From contig NC_007205.1 in NCBI RefSeq assembly GCF_000012345.1, positions 810,001 through 842,000 on the forward strand: a stretch of 32,000 nt of DNA, read 5' to 3'. The notes beneath the pieces were generated by a model. That model searched no databases. It worked only from the letters and a program-made list of their open reading frames with translations, and had not been told where the DNA came from. The translations under genes and the position numbers were made by a program. The DNA comes from Candidatus Pelagibacter ubique HTCC1062 (lineage in GTDB: Bacteria; Pseudomonadota; Alphaproteobacteria; Pelagibacterales; Pelagibacteraceae). Shown here piece after piece: positions 16,972 through 25,182 of the stretch; the stretch's first letter is position 1; every line of letters starts with the position of its first letter.

Positions 16972-18566
16972 CAGCTGCTTAGTATCATATCAGCACCTTT
17001 TTCTGCAATCATTATTGTGGGTGCGTTAGTGTTTCCAGAGGTGATATTGGGCATTATTGATGCATCTATTACTCTTAAATTTTTAATTCCATGAACTTTT
17101 AGCTGATCATCAACAACGGCCATATCATCTTGACCCATTTTACATGTTCCAACAGGATGAAAAATAGTTTGAGCATAATCTGCTGCTGCTTTTAAAATAT
17201 CTTCATCTTCTGTTAAATGAATTCCAGGTCGGTATTCTTCTGGGCTAAATTTTTTAAATGTCTCAGATTCTAAAACAATTTTTCTTGTTAATTTAAGACC
17301 AGCTGCTGCAATTTTTCTATCTTCATCTGTCGACAAATAATTCATTTTTATTTTTGCGTAAGTTCGTGAGTCTTTATCTGTTATACTAATATGACCTCTA
17401 CTAGTTGGTCTAATTTGTGAAACTGTTGGAGTAAAACCATGAAAATCATGGTTTTTGGTAGCTCCCAATGTATCCATACTCATTGGCTGAACATGCCATT
17501 GTAAATCAGGCAGCTCTAATGAAGGATCACTTTTTGCAAACATACACATTTGACTTGCACCCATAGTCATGGGCCCACTTCTATTAAAGATATATTCCAA
17601 TCCAATTAACAAGTTACCAAATAAACTATTAATTTTTTTATTAAGAGATTTTATATTTTGTATTTTATATATTGGTCTAAACATTAAATGGTCTTGTAAA
17701 TTTTCACCTACACCCTTTAATTCATGCACCATTTCAATTCCTAGTTCCTTTAATTTATCTGAATTTCCAACTCCAGATACTTGTAATAATTGTGGAGAAC
17801 CTATTGCTCCTGAAGATAAGACAATTTCTTTATTTGCACTTACAGTGAATATTTCATTTTCAATCCAATACTCAACTTCTTTAGCAACTTTGTTTTCAAA
17901 ATTAATCTTTTTAACATGAGCTTTTGTAACTATTTTTAAATTAGGTCTTTTCTTAGCTGGGTTTAAATAACCAACAGCAGTACTACATCTAAAGCCATCC
18001 TTTTCTGTTACTTGAAAATAACCACAGCCATGATTGTCTCCTGTATTAAAATCTTTAGTTTTTGGAATTCCAAATTCCTCAGCCGCTTTTTGAAACTGAT
18101 TTAATAAAGGCAATTGTATTCGTTGGTCAGAAACAGACAAAGGACCTCCTACACCATGAAATTCACTTTCTCCTCGTTCTTGATTTTCAGCTTTGATGAA
18201 ATAAGGTAATACATCTTCCCAACTCCAGCCTTTATTTCCTAGCTGCCTCCAAACATCGTAGTCTCTGTGTTGACCCCTAACATAAAGTAGACCATTTATT
18301 GATGAGCTACCTCCAAGAGTTTTTCCTCTAGGATACCTTATGGACCTATTGTTCATAGTTTCATCCGGTTCTGTATTATAACACCAATCAACATTGGGGT
18401 TATGCATAGTTTTGAAATATCCTACTGGTATATGAATCCATGGGTAATTATCTTTACCACCAGCCTCAATTAAAAGGACTTTGTTTTTTGGATTTTCAGA
18501 TAATCTATTTGCTAAAACACAACCTGCTGATCCAGCTCCAATAATAATGTAGTCAAAATTATCCAT
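16971..18566 (-). CDS. GMC-family FAD oxidoreductase (choline/alcohol dehydrogenase-like)
   Basis: 531 aa. Has FDYIIIGAGSAGCVLANRLSE, GKTLGGSSSINGLLYVRG, and C-terminal HPVGTCKMG ... NTNAPTIMIAEK, all GMC signatures. Confidence 0.85.
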   Translation of the reverse strand: MDNFDYIIIGAGSAGCVLANRLSENPKNKVLLIEAGGKDNYPWIHIPVGYFKTMHNPNVDWCYNTEPDETMNNRSIRYPRGKTLGGSSSINGLLYVRGQHRDYDVWRQLGNKGWSWEDVLPYFIKAENQERGESEFHGVGGPLSVSDQRIQLPLLNQFQKAAEEFGIPKTKDFNTGDNHGCGYFQVTEKDGFRCSTAVGYLNPAKKRPNLKIVTKAHVKKINFENKVAKEVEYWIENEIFTVSANKEIVLSSGAIGSPQLLQVSGVGNSDKLKELGIEMVHELKGVGENLQDHLMFRPIYKIQNIKSLNKKINSLFGNLLIGLEYIFNRSGPMTMGASQMCMFAKSDPSLELPDLQWHVQPMSMDTLGATKNHDFHGFTPTVSQIRPTSRGHISITDKDSRTYAKIKMNYLSTDEDRKIAAAGLKLTRKIVLESETFKKFSPEEYRPGIHLTEDEDILKAAADYAQTIFHPVGTCKMGQDDMAVVDDQLKVHGIKNLRVIDASIMPNITSGNTNAPTIMIAEKGADMILSS

Positions 18567-18654
18567 ATATATTTTTATAAATTAATTTTTATTAATAATC
18601 TAATAATATATAGAAAAGCATATTTATTTCTGATATTTGAACAACTACAAAATA

Positions 18655-19401
18655 ATGAAAAAAATATTAATATTTATATGTACAATTTTTTTATCTTTAT
18701 CATTTCACGTTCAGTCTGTTGAAATTGAAATTATTAATGATAAGCCTGGTACGGGAAAAAAGATTATAAAGCATTCTTGGGTTCAGCTTGAATACACAGG
18801 CTCATTTGAAAATGGAAAAGTTTTTGATACAAATATTGGTAAAGATAGACCTTTAGTAGTACAAATGAGTATGAAAGAGGTAATTCCTGGTTTTGAACAA
18901 GGAATAATGGGAACTACCAAAGGAACTAAAAGAAAAATTAAAATTCCAGCTGAATTAGCCTATGGAAAAAAGGGTGGTGGAGATATTATACCACCTAATA
19001 CAGATCTAATATTTGAATTTGAAGTAATTGACGTTTTAGATCCTAGTTATAAATCAGTTTCATCAGATGAATTGATAGAAATGATTGAAAATAATGCTGT
19101 GGCACTTGATATTAGAACAGAAGAAGAGTGGGATAAAACAGGTGTTATCAAAGGTTCATTCCCAGAAACAGCTTTTGATAAAAATGGTAAATTTCAAGTG
19201 TATGTTATGGATAAAATTAGAGCACTAGCTGCTTCTCAATCTCAAGATGTTAATTTGATTTTTATAAGTCATGATGGAGAAACGGCATCAATGTTGGCTA
19301 ATTCATTTTCTGAAGACTTGGGCTTTACTAATGTTTCGGTTTTAAAAGGTGGAATTAAAGCTTGGCAGAGTGAAAATAAAAAACTTGGCCCTCATAAGTA
19401 A
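18655..19401 (+). CDS. Secreted FKBP-type peptidyl-prolyl isomerase fused to a C-terminal rhodanese-like domain
   Basis: Signal peptide MKKILIFICTIFLSLSFHVQS, then an FKBP core (VQLEYTGSFENGKVFDT...VIPGFEQG...IPAELAYG...IPPNTDLIFEFEVIDV). The C-terminal roughly 110 aa aligns by eye to GlpE-type rhodanese (ALDIRTEEEW...IFISHDGETAS...GGIKAW). Start set at ATG 18655; the track uses TTG 18637. Confidence 0.8.
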   Translation: MKKILIFICTIFLSLSFHVQSVEIEIINDKPGTGKKIIKHSWVQLEYTGSFENGKVFDTNIGKDRPLVVQMSMKEVIPGFEQGIMGTTKGTKRKIKIPAELAYGKKGGGDIIPPNTDLIFEFEVIDVLDPSYKSVSSDELIEMIENNAVALDIRTEEEWDKTGVIKGSFPETAFDKNGKFQVYVMDKIRALAASQSQDVNLIFISHDGETASMLANSFSEDLGFTNVSVLKGGIKAWQSENKKLGPHK

Positions 19402-19408
19402 TATCATT

Positions 19409-19825
19409 CTATCGATAAAAGTTTTTTCTTTGTAAGTTTTTAAATCTAATTTCATCATTTAATAAATCAATTGCTCTTTCCTGGTCTTTTCCAATAACGC
19501 TTGACATTTTCCTTTTATTAATACTTCCCCATTTAATTAAAGCTCTAATTATTGGTAAGCTAGAGCTGCCAAATTGTGTTAAAGAATATTCAACAGTTAT
19601 TGGGTTTGATTTAATAACCTTTCTTTTTACTAGAGTGTCATTCTCCATTTCTTTTAATTGTTTAGACAACATTTGAGCAGTTATCGTATTTAAATCTTTC
19701 TTAAGTTTACCAAATCTTATTGGTTTATTAATTAACTTTTCAAGTATCTTAATTTTCCACTTTCCACTAATTAATTTTAAAGCATTATTTAATGGATCTT
19801 TATTTATTTCTAATTTATTTACCAT
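19409..19825 (-). CDS. HxlR-family winged-helix transcriptional regulator
   Basis: 138 aa. LISGKWKIKILEKL...PIRFGKLKKDL..ITAQMLSKQLKEMENDTLVKRKV....PITVEYSLTQFG is the HxlR-type HTH pattern. It is divergent from an SDR-ALDH-HIBADH operon. Confidence 0.8.
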   Translation of the reverse strand: MVNKLEINKDPLNNALKLISGKWKIKILEKLINKPIRFGKLKKDLNTITAQMLSKQLKEMENDTLVKRKVIKSNPITVEYSLTQFGSSSLPIIRALIKWGSINKRKMSSVIGKDQERAIDLLNDEIRFKNLQRKNFYR

Positions 19826-19949
19826 GGTATGTTTAATATACTAGTTTAGTTTTAATACCAAAAAAATTTTATATTTAATAATTCTTTTGATTAATATTTT
19901 AAAAAGTAATAACTTAATTAAAATTAAAAATTTTTATAACAGGATTTCA
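19826..19949. promoter_or_regulatory. Divergent control region between the HxlR-family gene and the SDR-ALDH-HIBADH operon
   Basis: 124-nt spacer between divergent starts. An imperfect 36-bp palindrome TGGTAT-N24-ATACCA (19825..19860, centre ACTAGT) begins at the regulator's start codon. AGGA at 19941..19944 lies upstream of the SDR ATG. Confidence 0.45.
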
Positions 19950-20726
19950 ATGAAACTAAAAGATAGAATAGCAATAGTCACAGGTGGTGGAAAAGGAATT
20001 GGTGCAGAGATTTGTGTAAGACTAGCAAGTGAGGGAGCAAAAATTGTTATAGCTGAAATGGATATTGAAAATGGTGAAAAAATTTCTAAAAAAATTCAAG
20101 GTAATAATGGTGAAGCAATTGTTGTAGAAACAAATGTTGCCGAAGAAGATAGTGCAAATAACATGGCTGATGTTGCTATTAAAAAATTTGGTAAGATTGA
20201 TATTCTTGTTAATAATGCTGGTATAAGACATATTAACAATATTCTAGATCATACAAAACAGCAATGGGATGACATGATATCGGTAAACTTAACCGGACCA
20301 TATCTATGCTGTAAGTCTGTTATTCCTCATATGATAAAAAATGGTAAAGGAAAAATTATTAATTTTGGATCTATTGCAAGTTTTATGGGTAGACCTGATA
20401 GAGTAGCCTATGTTGCTGCAAAATCTGGTATACTAGGTTTAACGAGAGCCTTAGCGGTCGATTTAACTGGGAAAAATATTAACGTAAATACTATTTGTCC
20501 TGGGTTAATTTCAACACCTTTCAATCAAAAATTTGCTGAAGATCCTACTCACGGTAAAGCTTGGGGCAAAGAAACTATAGTTGGACGTTGGGGTTTGCCA
20601 TCTGATATATCTGGTGCAGCTGTTTTTCTATCTAGCGATGATGCAGATTTTATAAATGGATCTGAAATAAAAATTGATGGTGGATGGTTAGCAGCAAAAA
20701 CTAGAAAAGGTGAAATAAGTAATTAA
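19950..20726 (+). CDS. Short-chain dehydrogenase/reductase (SDR)
   Basis: TGGGKGIG, NNAG, YVAAKSG (YxxxK) and a C-terminal IKIDGGW are present. Start set at ATG 19950 (MKLKDRIAIVTGG); the track uses TTG 19887. Confidence 0.85.
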   Translation: MKLKDRIAIVTGGGKGIGAEICVRLASEGAKIVIAEMDIENGEKISKKIQGNNGEAIVVETNVAEEDSANNMADVAIKKFGKIDILVNNAGIRHINNILDHTKQQWDDMISVNLTGPYLCCKSVIPHMIKNGKGKIINFGSIASFMGRPDRVAYVAAKSGILGLTRALAVDLTGKNINVNTICPGLISTPFNQKFAEDPTHGKAWGKETIVGRWGLPSDISGAAVFLSSDDADFINGSEIKIDGGWLAAKTRKGEISN

Positions 20727-22246
20727 TGAGTGATGATTTTAAAAATAATTTAGAACTAGCACTAGGTAATGCAAAAAGATTATCTAATAAAATTTTAATT
20801 AATGGAAAATTGTCACCTGCTAAAGCTGAAGCTAAAATTAGCGTATTAAATCCAAGTACAGGTGAAAATATTGGTGAAGCTCCACAGTGCAATAAGGTTG
20901 ATGTGAATATAGCGGTTGATGCAGCAGAAGCTGCATTTCAAAAATGGAAAAAAGTACCTGCGAGAGAACGTGGTAAAATAATGACGGCTGCTGCTAGAAA
21001 ATTAGAAGATAGAAAAAATGAAATTGAAACATTATTAGCTTTAGATACTGGTAACGCACTTAGAACTCAAGCCATACCGGAGACAGCAGCATCAATTGAA
21101 TTAACTCATATGTTTGCTGGACTTGCAGGAGAAATAAAAGGTGAAAATTATCCACCAAACATTCCAAATACAATTCATTACACAACCAAAGATCCAATTG
21201 GAGTTGTTTGTGCAATTATTCCTTGGAATGCTCCTTTATTTTTGACTGTTGCAAAAATTGCACCAGCTATTGTAGCGGGAAATACTGTAGTGTTAAAAAC
21301 TGCTGAGCAAGCACCACTTTGTGCTTTACTCTTATGTGAAATATTACAACAAGAACTTCCTCCTGGAGTTTTAAATGTAATTTCAGGCTATGGAGAAGAG
21401 TGTGGTGAACCATTAATTGATCATCCTAAAGTTAGAAAGGTTACTTTTACAGGATCGTTTTCTGTTGGAAAAATTATTGCAATAAAAGCTGCTCCAAAAT
21501 TATGTCCAGTTACATTAGAATTAGGTGGAAAAAATCCAAATATTATAATGAGTGATGCTGACTTAGATATAGCAATACCAGGCGTAATTGATGGTATGAG
21601 GTATACTCGTCAAGGACAGGCTTGCACCGCAGGATCAAGAGTTTATATACACGAAAAAATTTATGATAAAGTTTTAGAAGGTGTAGTTTCTAAATTAAGT
21701 AAACTTAAGATGGGAAATGCACTTGATAGTAAATCTGATATTGGCGCAATAATATCTAATGAACAACTCAAAAGAACCTTACATTATATGGACATTGCTA
21801 AAAAAACATCATCTGCAAAGGTTTTACATGGTGGCAATCAACCTAAAGGAGGAGATTATAAGGAAGGTTTCTTTTATGAACCAACCTTATTGTCAGGCGT
21901 TCCTGTAGAATCTCCTGTATGTCAAGAAGAGGTATTTGGCCCTGTTGCTTGCGCAATTCCGTTTAAGAGTTTTGATGAAGTTATGAAAAGCGCTAACGAC
22001 ACACCTTTTGGTTTATCAGCCGTTTTATGGACTCAAAACTTATCTAGAGCATTGCAATTTGTAGATGAAATTGAAGCTGGCTTTGTTCAGGTAAATCAAT
22101 GCGTTGCTCCAAGAGCCAATGTTTCTTATGGAGGAATTAAAATGAGTGGTTTAGGTAAAGAATATGCTTTTGATAGTATGATTAACCACTTCACACAAAG
22201 TAAAACAGTTTTAATTAATAGAGGTAAATCAAATTTAGATGACTAA
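20726..22246 (+). CDS. NAD(P)-dependent aldehyde dehydrogenase
   Basis: 506 aa with FTGSFSVGK, the catalytic Glu in LELGGKNP, the catalytic Cys in GQACTAGSR, and EEVFGPV. The ATG shares one base with the SDR stop (TAATG). Confidence 0.9.
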   Translation: MSDDFKNNLELALGNAKRLSNKILINGKLSPAKAEAKISVLNPSTGENIGEAPQCNKVDVNIAVDAAEAAFQKWKKVPARERGKIMTAAARKLEDRKNEIETLLALDTGNALRTQAIPETAASIELTHMFAGLAGEIKGENYPPNIPNTIHYTTKDPIGVVCAIIPWNAPLFLTVAKIAPAIVAGNTVVLKTAEQAPLCALLLCEILQQELPPGVLNVISGYGEECGEPLIDHPKVRKVTFTGSFSVGKIIAIKAAPKLCPVTLELGGKNPNIIMSDADLDIAIPGVIDGMRYTRQGQACTAGSRVYIHEKIYDKVLEGVVSKLSKLKMGNALDSKSDIGAIISNEQLKRTLHYMDIAKKTSSAKVLHGGNQPKGGDYKEGFFYEPTLLSGVPVESPVCQEEVFGPVACAIPFKSFDEVMKSANDTPFGLSAVLWTQNLSRALQFVDEIEAGFVQVNQCVAPRANVSYGGIKMSGLGKEYAFDSMINHFTQSKTVLINRGKSNLDD

Positions 22247-23165
22247 TCACATTGCATTTATAGGTGTTGGAAATATGGGAAACCCTATGGCTGATCAATT
22301 AGTAAAAGCTGGCAAAGAAGTAAAAGCTTTTGATGTTTCACCAGAGGTAATAAAAATTGCAAAAGAGTCAGGTTTAAACGTTGTATCCACTATTGATGAA
22401 TTATTAGATGGCGCTAGTACTGTTATATCTATGCTACCAGAGGGAAAGCATGTTCGATCTCTTTATTTAGGAGACAAAGGAATATTAAATAAAATTCCAA
22501 AAGAATGTTTGATAATTGATTGCTCAACAATTGATATTGAGACTTCTCTAGAGCTAGGTAATGAATCAAAAAAACTTGGAATTAAAATGATAGATGCACC
22601 AGTTACTGGTGGTGTGATGGGAGCAAGAATTGGAAAATTAAATTTTTTAGTTGGTGGAAGTGATGAAGCTGTAGCATTAGCAAAACCTTTATTTGATATT
22701 ATGGGACAAAAAATTTTACATGCAGGTGTTCAAGGAAGTGGAGTAGGTGTAAAAATTTGCAACAATATGTCTTTGGGAATTTCTATGATAGCAGCATCTG
22801 AATCTTTAATGTTAGCTAAAAGATTAAAAATGGATATTAAAAAGGTTCATGAAATAATAAAAGCAGCTTCAGGAAATAATTGGGCTATGACTAATTATAC
22901 ACCTTTACCAAATCTTACTGATGGAGTTCCTTCAAATAATAAATACCGACCAGGTTTTACAGCATCAATGATGAGAAAGGATTTAAGGCTAGCCATGGAT
23001 GCCGCTCAGTCTGTAGATGCCTCTACACCATTAGGTAAAGCTGCTTTAGAAATTTTTTCAAAATTCTGTGATGAGGGTGATAGTGACACTGACTATTCAG
23101 GTATATCTAAAATGATTGGTGGTGATGCTTGGAATTATCCATTTGATCCAAAAGGAAATAAATAA
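22239..23165 (+). CDS. 3-hydroxyisobutyrate dehydrogenase-family (beta-hydroxyacid dehydrogenase) protein
   Basis: 308 aa with IAFIGVGNMGNPMA, DAPVTGGV and GSGVGVKICNNM (catalytic Lys motif). It overlaps the ALDH gene by 8 nt (ATGACTAA). Confidence 0.8.
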   Translation: MTNHIAFIGVGNMGNPMADQLVKAGKEVKAFDVSPEVIKIAKESGLNVVSTIDELLDGASTVISMLPEGKHVRSLYLGDKGILNKIPKECLIIDCSTIDIETSLELGNESKKLGIKMIDAPVTGGVMGARIGKLNFLVGGSDEAVALAKPLFDIMGQKILHAGVQGSGVGVKICNNMSLGISMIAASESLMLAKRLKMDIKKVHEIIKAASGNNWAMTNYTPLPNLTDGVPSNNKYRPGFTASMMRKDLRLAMDAAQSVDASTPLGKAALEIFSKFCDEGDSDTDYSGISKMIGGDAWNYPFDPKGNK

Positions 23166-23342
23166 AAACAATATTTGTAAATTTACTTAACAGTATTAAA
23201 AGTATACCAAACAATTCAATTGATTGTAGTATATTATAGGTTGTATCGTCTGTATTTAACTTATTTTAAGTTTACTTTTCTCCTACAATAATGTTTATTT
23301 CAAATTTATTAAGACTAAATAAAAAAACAGAGAGGGATAAAC
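23166..23342 (+). promoter_or_regulatory. Long leader/promoter region upstream of the TRAP binding-protein gene, with Shine-Dalgarno candidate
   Basis: 177-nt spacer, the second longest in the window. Purine-rich AGAGAGGGA lies at about 23329..23337, 5-6 nt upstream of ATG 23343. No structured-RNA motif was recognised by eye. Confidence 0.4.
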
Positions 23343-24434
23343 ATGAAAAAAATCACATCATTGATTTTAAGTTTAGTATTTGCAGTATCTATTATTGCTT
23401 CTGCTTCTGCTAAAACTTTAAAAATACAAATGACCTTTCCAAAAACTTCTTATGATGCGCAAATCGTAGGAATGTGGGCTGAAAGAGTTACTGGCCTTAC
23501 TGGTGGTTCATTAAAATTTGAACTTCTAGGAGCTGGAGAAGTTGTAGGTGTTAAAGAAACATTAGAAGCTGTTGACAAGGGTCTTGTTGATGGTGGTGCT
23601 GCTTGGACTCATTACTGGTCTAACTATCACCCTGCTGCAATGTTATTTGGTTCGCCAGTTGCAGGTGGTGGTATTGGTTTAAGTACTAAATCTTGGTTAG
23701 CTTGGTATTTTGATAACGGTGGAAAAGCTTTATACGATCAACTATGGGATGAAATGGGTATGAACGTAAAAGGTTTCATCATGGCATCTTCTGGTCCAGA
23801 GGCTTTAGGTTGGTTCAAAGAGCCGATCAACAGTATGGCTGATTTCAGAAAATACAGATTTAGAACTCCTCCGGGAATTCCTGGTCAAACATACAAAGAC
23901 ATTGGTGTTGCATCAGTTTCAATGGGTGGTGGAGATATTCTACCAGCACTTGAAAAAGGAACAATCGATGCTGCTGAATGGTGTTGTCCAAAACCAGATC
24001 TAGTATTTGGTTTCCAAAAGGTATTGAAAAATTACTACCTTCAAGGCTTACACCAAAACGTTGTAAATGGAGATGTGTTCTTTAACAAGGATGTTTATAA
24101 TAAGTTAACTGACCAAGAGAAATATGCAATGGAAATTGCTTCTGAAGCGATGATAACTAGAAACATCACTAACAGAGCTGTTGAAAATGGAAAAGCGTTA
24201 ATTGAATTAACATCTAAGCATGGTGTTATCCTTCATGATACACCAGCTGATTACTTTGTTGAGTATATGGCTGCTGCTAAAGCTACTATTCAAAAGAACT
24301 CAAAAGAAAATAAGTTCTTTGATGAAGTTTACCAGCACATGACTGCTCACGCAAAAATCGTAGTACCTTTTATTGCTCAAATGGAAACATCTGATGCATC
24401 AATTGGAACTGCATTTGCAAAAGCGCAAAAGTAA
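23343..24434 (+). CDS. dctP: TRAP transporter periplasmic substrate-binding protein (DctP superfamily, COG4663-like)
   Basis: 363 aa with signal peptide MKKITSLILSLVFAVSIIASASA. It is followed by small and large TRAP membrane subunits, and its size and order are typical of TRAP-T systems. The symbol is generic; the substrate is unknown. Confidence 0.8.
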   Translation: MKKITSLILSLVFAVSIIASASAKTLKIQMTFPKTSYDAQIVGMWAERVTGLTGGSLKFELLGAGEVVGVKETLEAVDKGLVDGGAAWTHYWSNYHPAAMLFGSPVAGGGIGLSTKSWLAWYFDNGGKALYDQLWDEMGMNVKGFIMASSGPEALGWFKEPINSMADFRKYRFRTPPGIPGQTYKDIGVASVSMGGGDILPALEKGTIDAAEWCCPKPDLVFGFQKVLKNYYLQGLHQNVVNGDVFFNKDVYNKLTDQEKYAMEIASEAMITRNITNRAVENGKALIELTSKHGVILHDTPADYFVEYMAAAKATIQKNSKENKFFDEVYQHMTAHAKIVVPFIAQMETSDASIGTAFAKAQK

Positions 24435-24446
24435 ATAAATAATTTA

Positions 24447-24482
24447 AACGGGGACTTAATATTTTTAAGTTCCCGTTTTTTT
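24447..24482 (+). terminator. Rho-independent terminator/attenuator between dctP and dctQM
   Basis: AACGGGGACTTAA (24447..24459), loop TATTT, TTAAGTTCCCGTT (24465..24477). This is a 13-bp stem with one G-U pair and a GC core, running into a T-run (24476..24482). It starts 13 nt after the dctP stop. Confidence 0.8.
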
Positions 24483-24522
24483 AAAATAGAAAAAATTTTA
24501 ATCGACATTACCAATCAATAAA

Positions 24523-25182
24523 ATGGTCAAAAAAAAATCACATTCTGCTGGTGTTAAAGAAACTCTAGATATTACTGATGAGTTAATAGCAGAACGTCGA
24601 ACTAGTTTAAAAATGCCTAAGGATATGGTTCCTTGGATGGCAAAAACTATAGAGTTTATCGACCTTAACATGTTGAGAATTGGTAAAGTAATTTGTTGGA
24701 TGGTAATTCCTTTAATTTTTGCAATGACTTTTGAAGTTATTGGTAGACATTTTTTTAATAGACCAACTCTTTGGGCTTATGATGTAACCAGAATGATTGC
24801 AGGAGCATTTTTTATGTTGGGTGCTGGTTACGCATTATCAAAAGGTATTCATATAAGAGCTGATTTTTTATATAGAAATTGGAATGTTAAAACTCAAGCA
24901 AAAGTAGATCTATTCTTATATTTATTATTCTTCTTTCCAGGTTTCATAGTCTTCTTTTGGGTAAGTTTTGATTATGCTTATACTTCTATATGTGGGAGAT
25001 CTATTTTAGCAGAATGCTTAGATGGAAAAGTTAGAATTCAAAGAGCAATGGATACTACTTGGATGCCAGTAATGTGGCCATTAAAAAGCTGCATGCCAAT
25101 TGGAGCTTTTTTGTTATTAATTCAAGGGATATCAGAATTATTTAAAACATATTATGCGTTTGTGAAAGGTAGATGGCCATAA
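24523..25182 (+). CDS. dctQ: TRAP transporter small permease subunit (DctQ-like)
   Basis: 219 aa with four predicted TM segments, positioned between the binding protein and the large permease. A hydrophilic N-terminal roughly 35 aa makes the exact start uncertain (internal Met codons at MPKDM.., MVPW.., MAKT..). Confidence 0.7.
   Translation: MVKKKSHSAGVKETLDITDELIAERRTSLKMPKDMVPWMAKTIEFIDLNMLRIGKVICWMVIPLIFAMTFEVIGRHFFNRPTLWAYDVTRMIAGAFFMLGAGYALSKGIHIRADFLYRNWNVKTQAKVDLFLYLLFFFPGFIVFFWVSFDYAYTSICGRSILAECLDGKVRIQRAMDTTWMPVMWPLKSCMPIGAFLLLIQGISELFKTYYAFVKGRWP

Noticed and set aside
17569-17919. 116-aa plus-strand ORF in the supplied track
   Set aside because: It lies entirely antisense within the GMC oxidoreductase gene, whose own frame carries all GMC signatures. 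There are no motifs. Shadow ORF.
2187-24434. Locally higher GC in xsc and dctP as a sign of horizontal acquisition
   Set aside because: This impression is by eye only. Both are conserved and probably highly expressed genes (they also carry the only strong SDs), so codon usage explains it better. No flanking mobility genes or tRNA attachment sites are present. It needs a computed GC/codon-usage profile.
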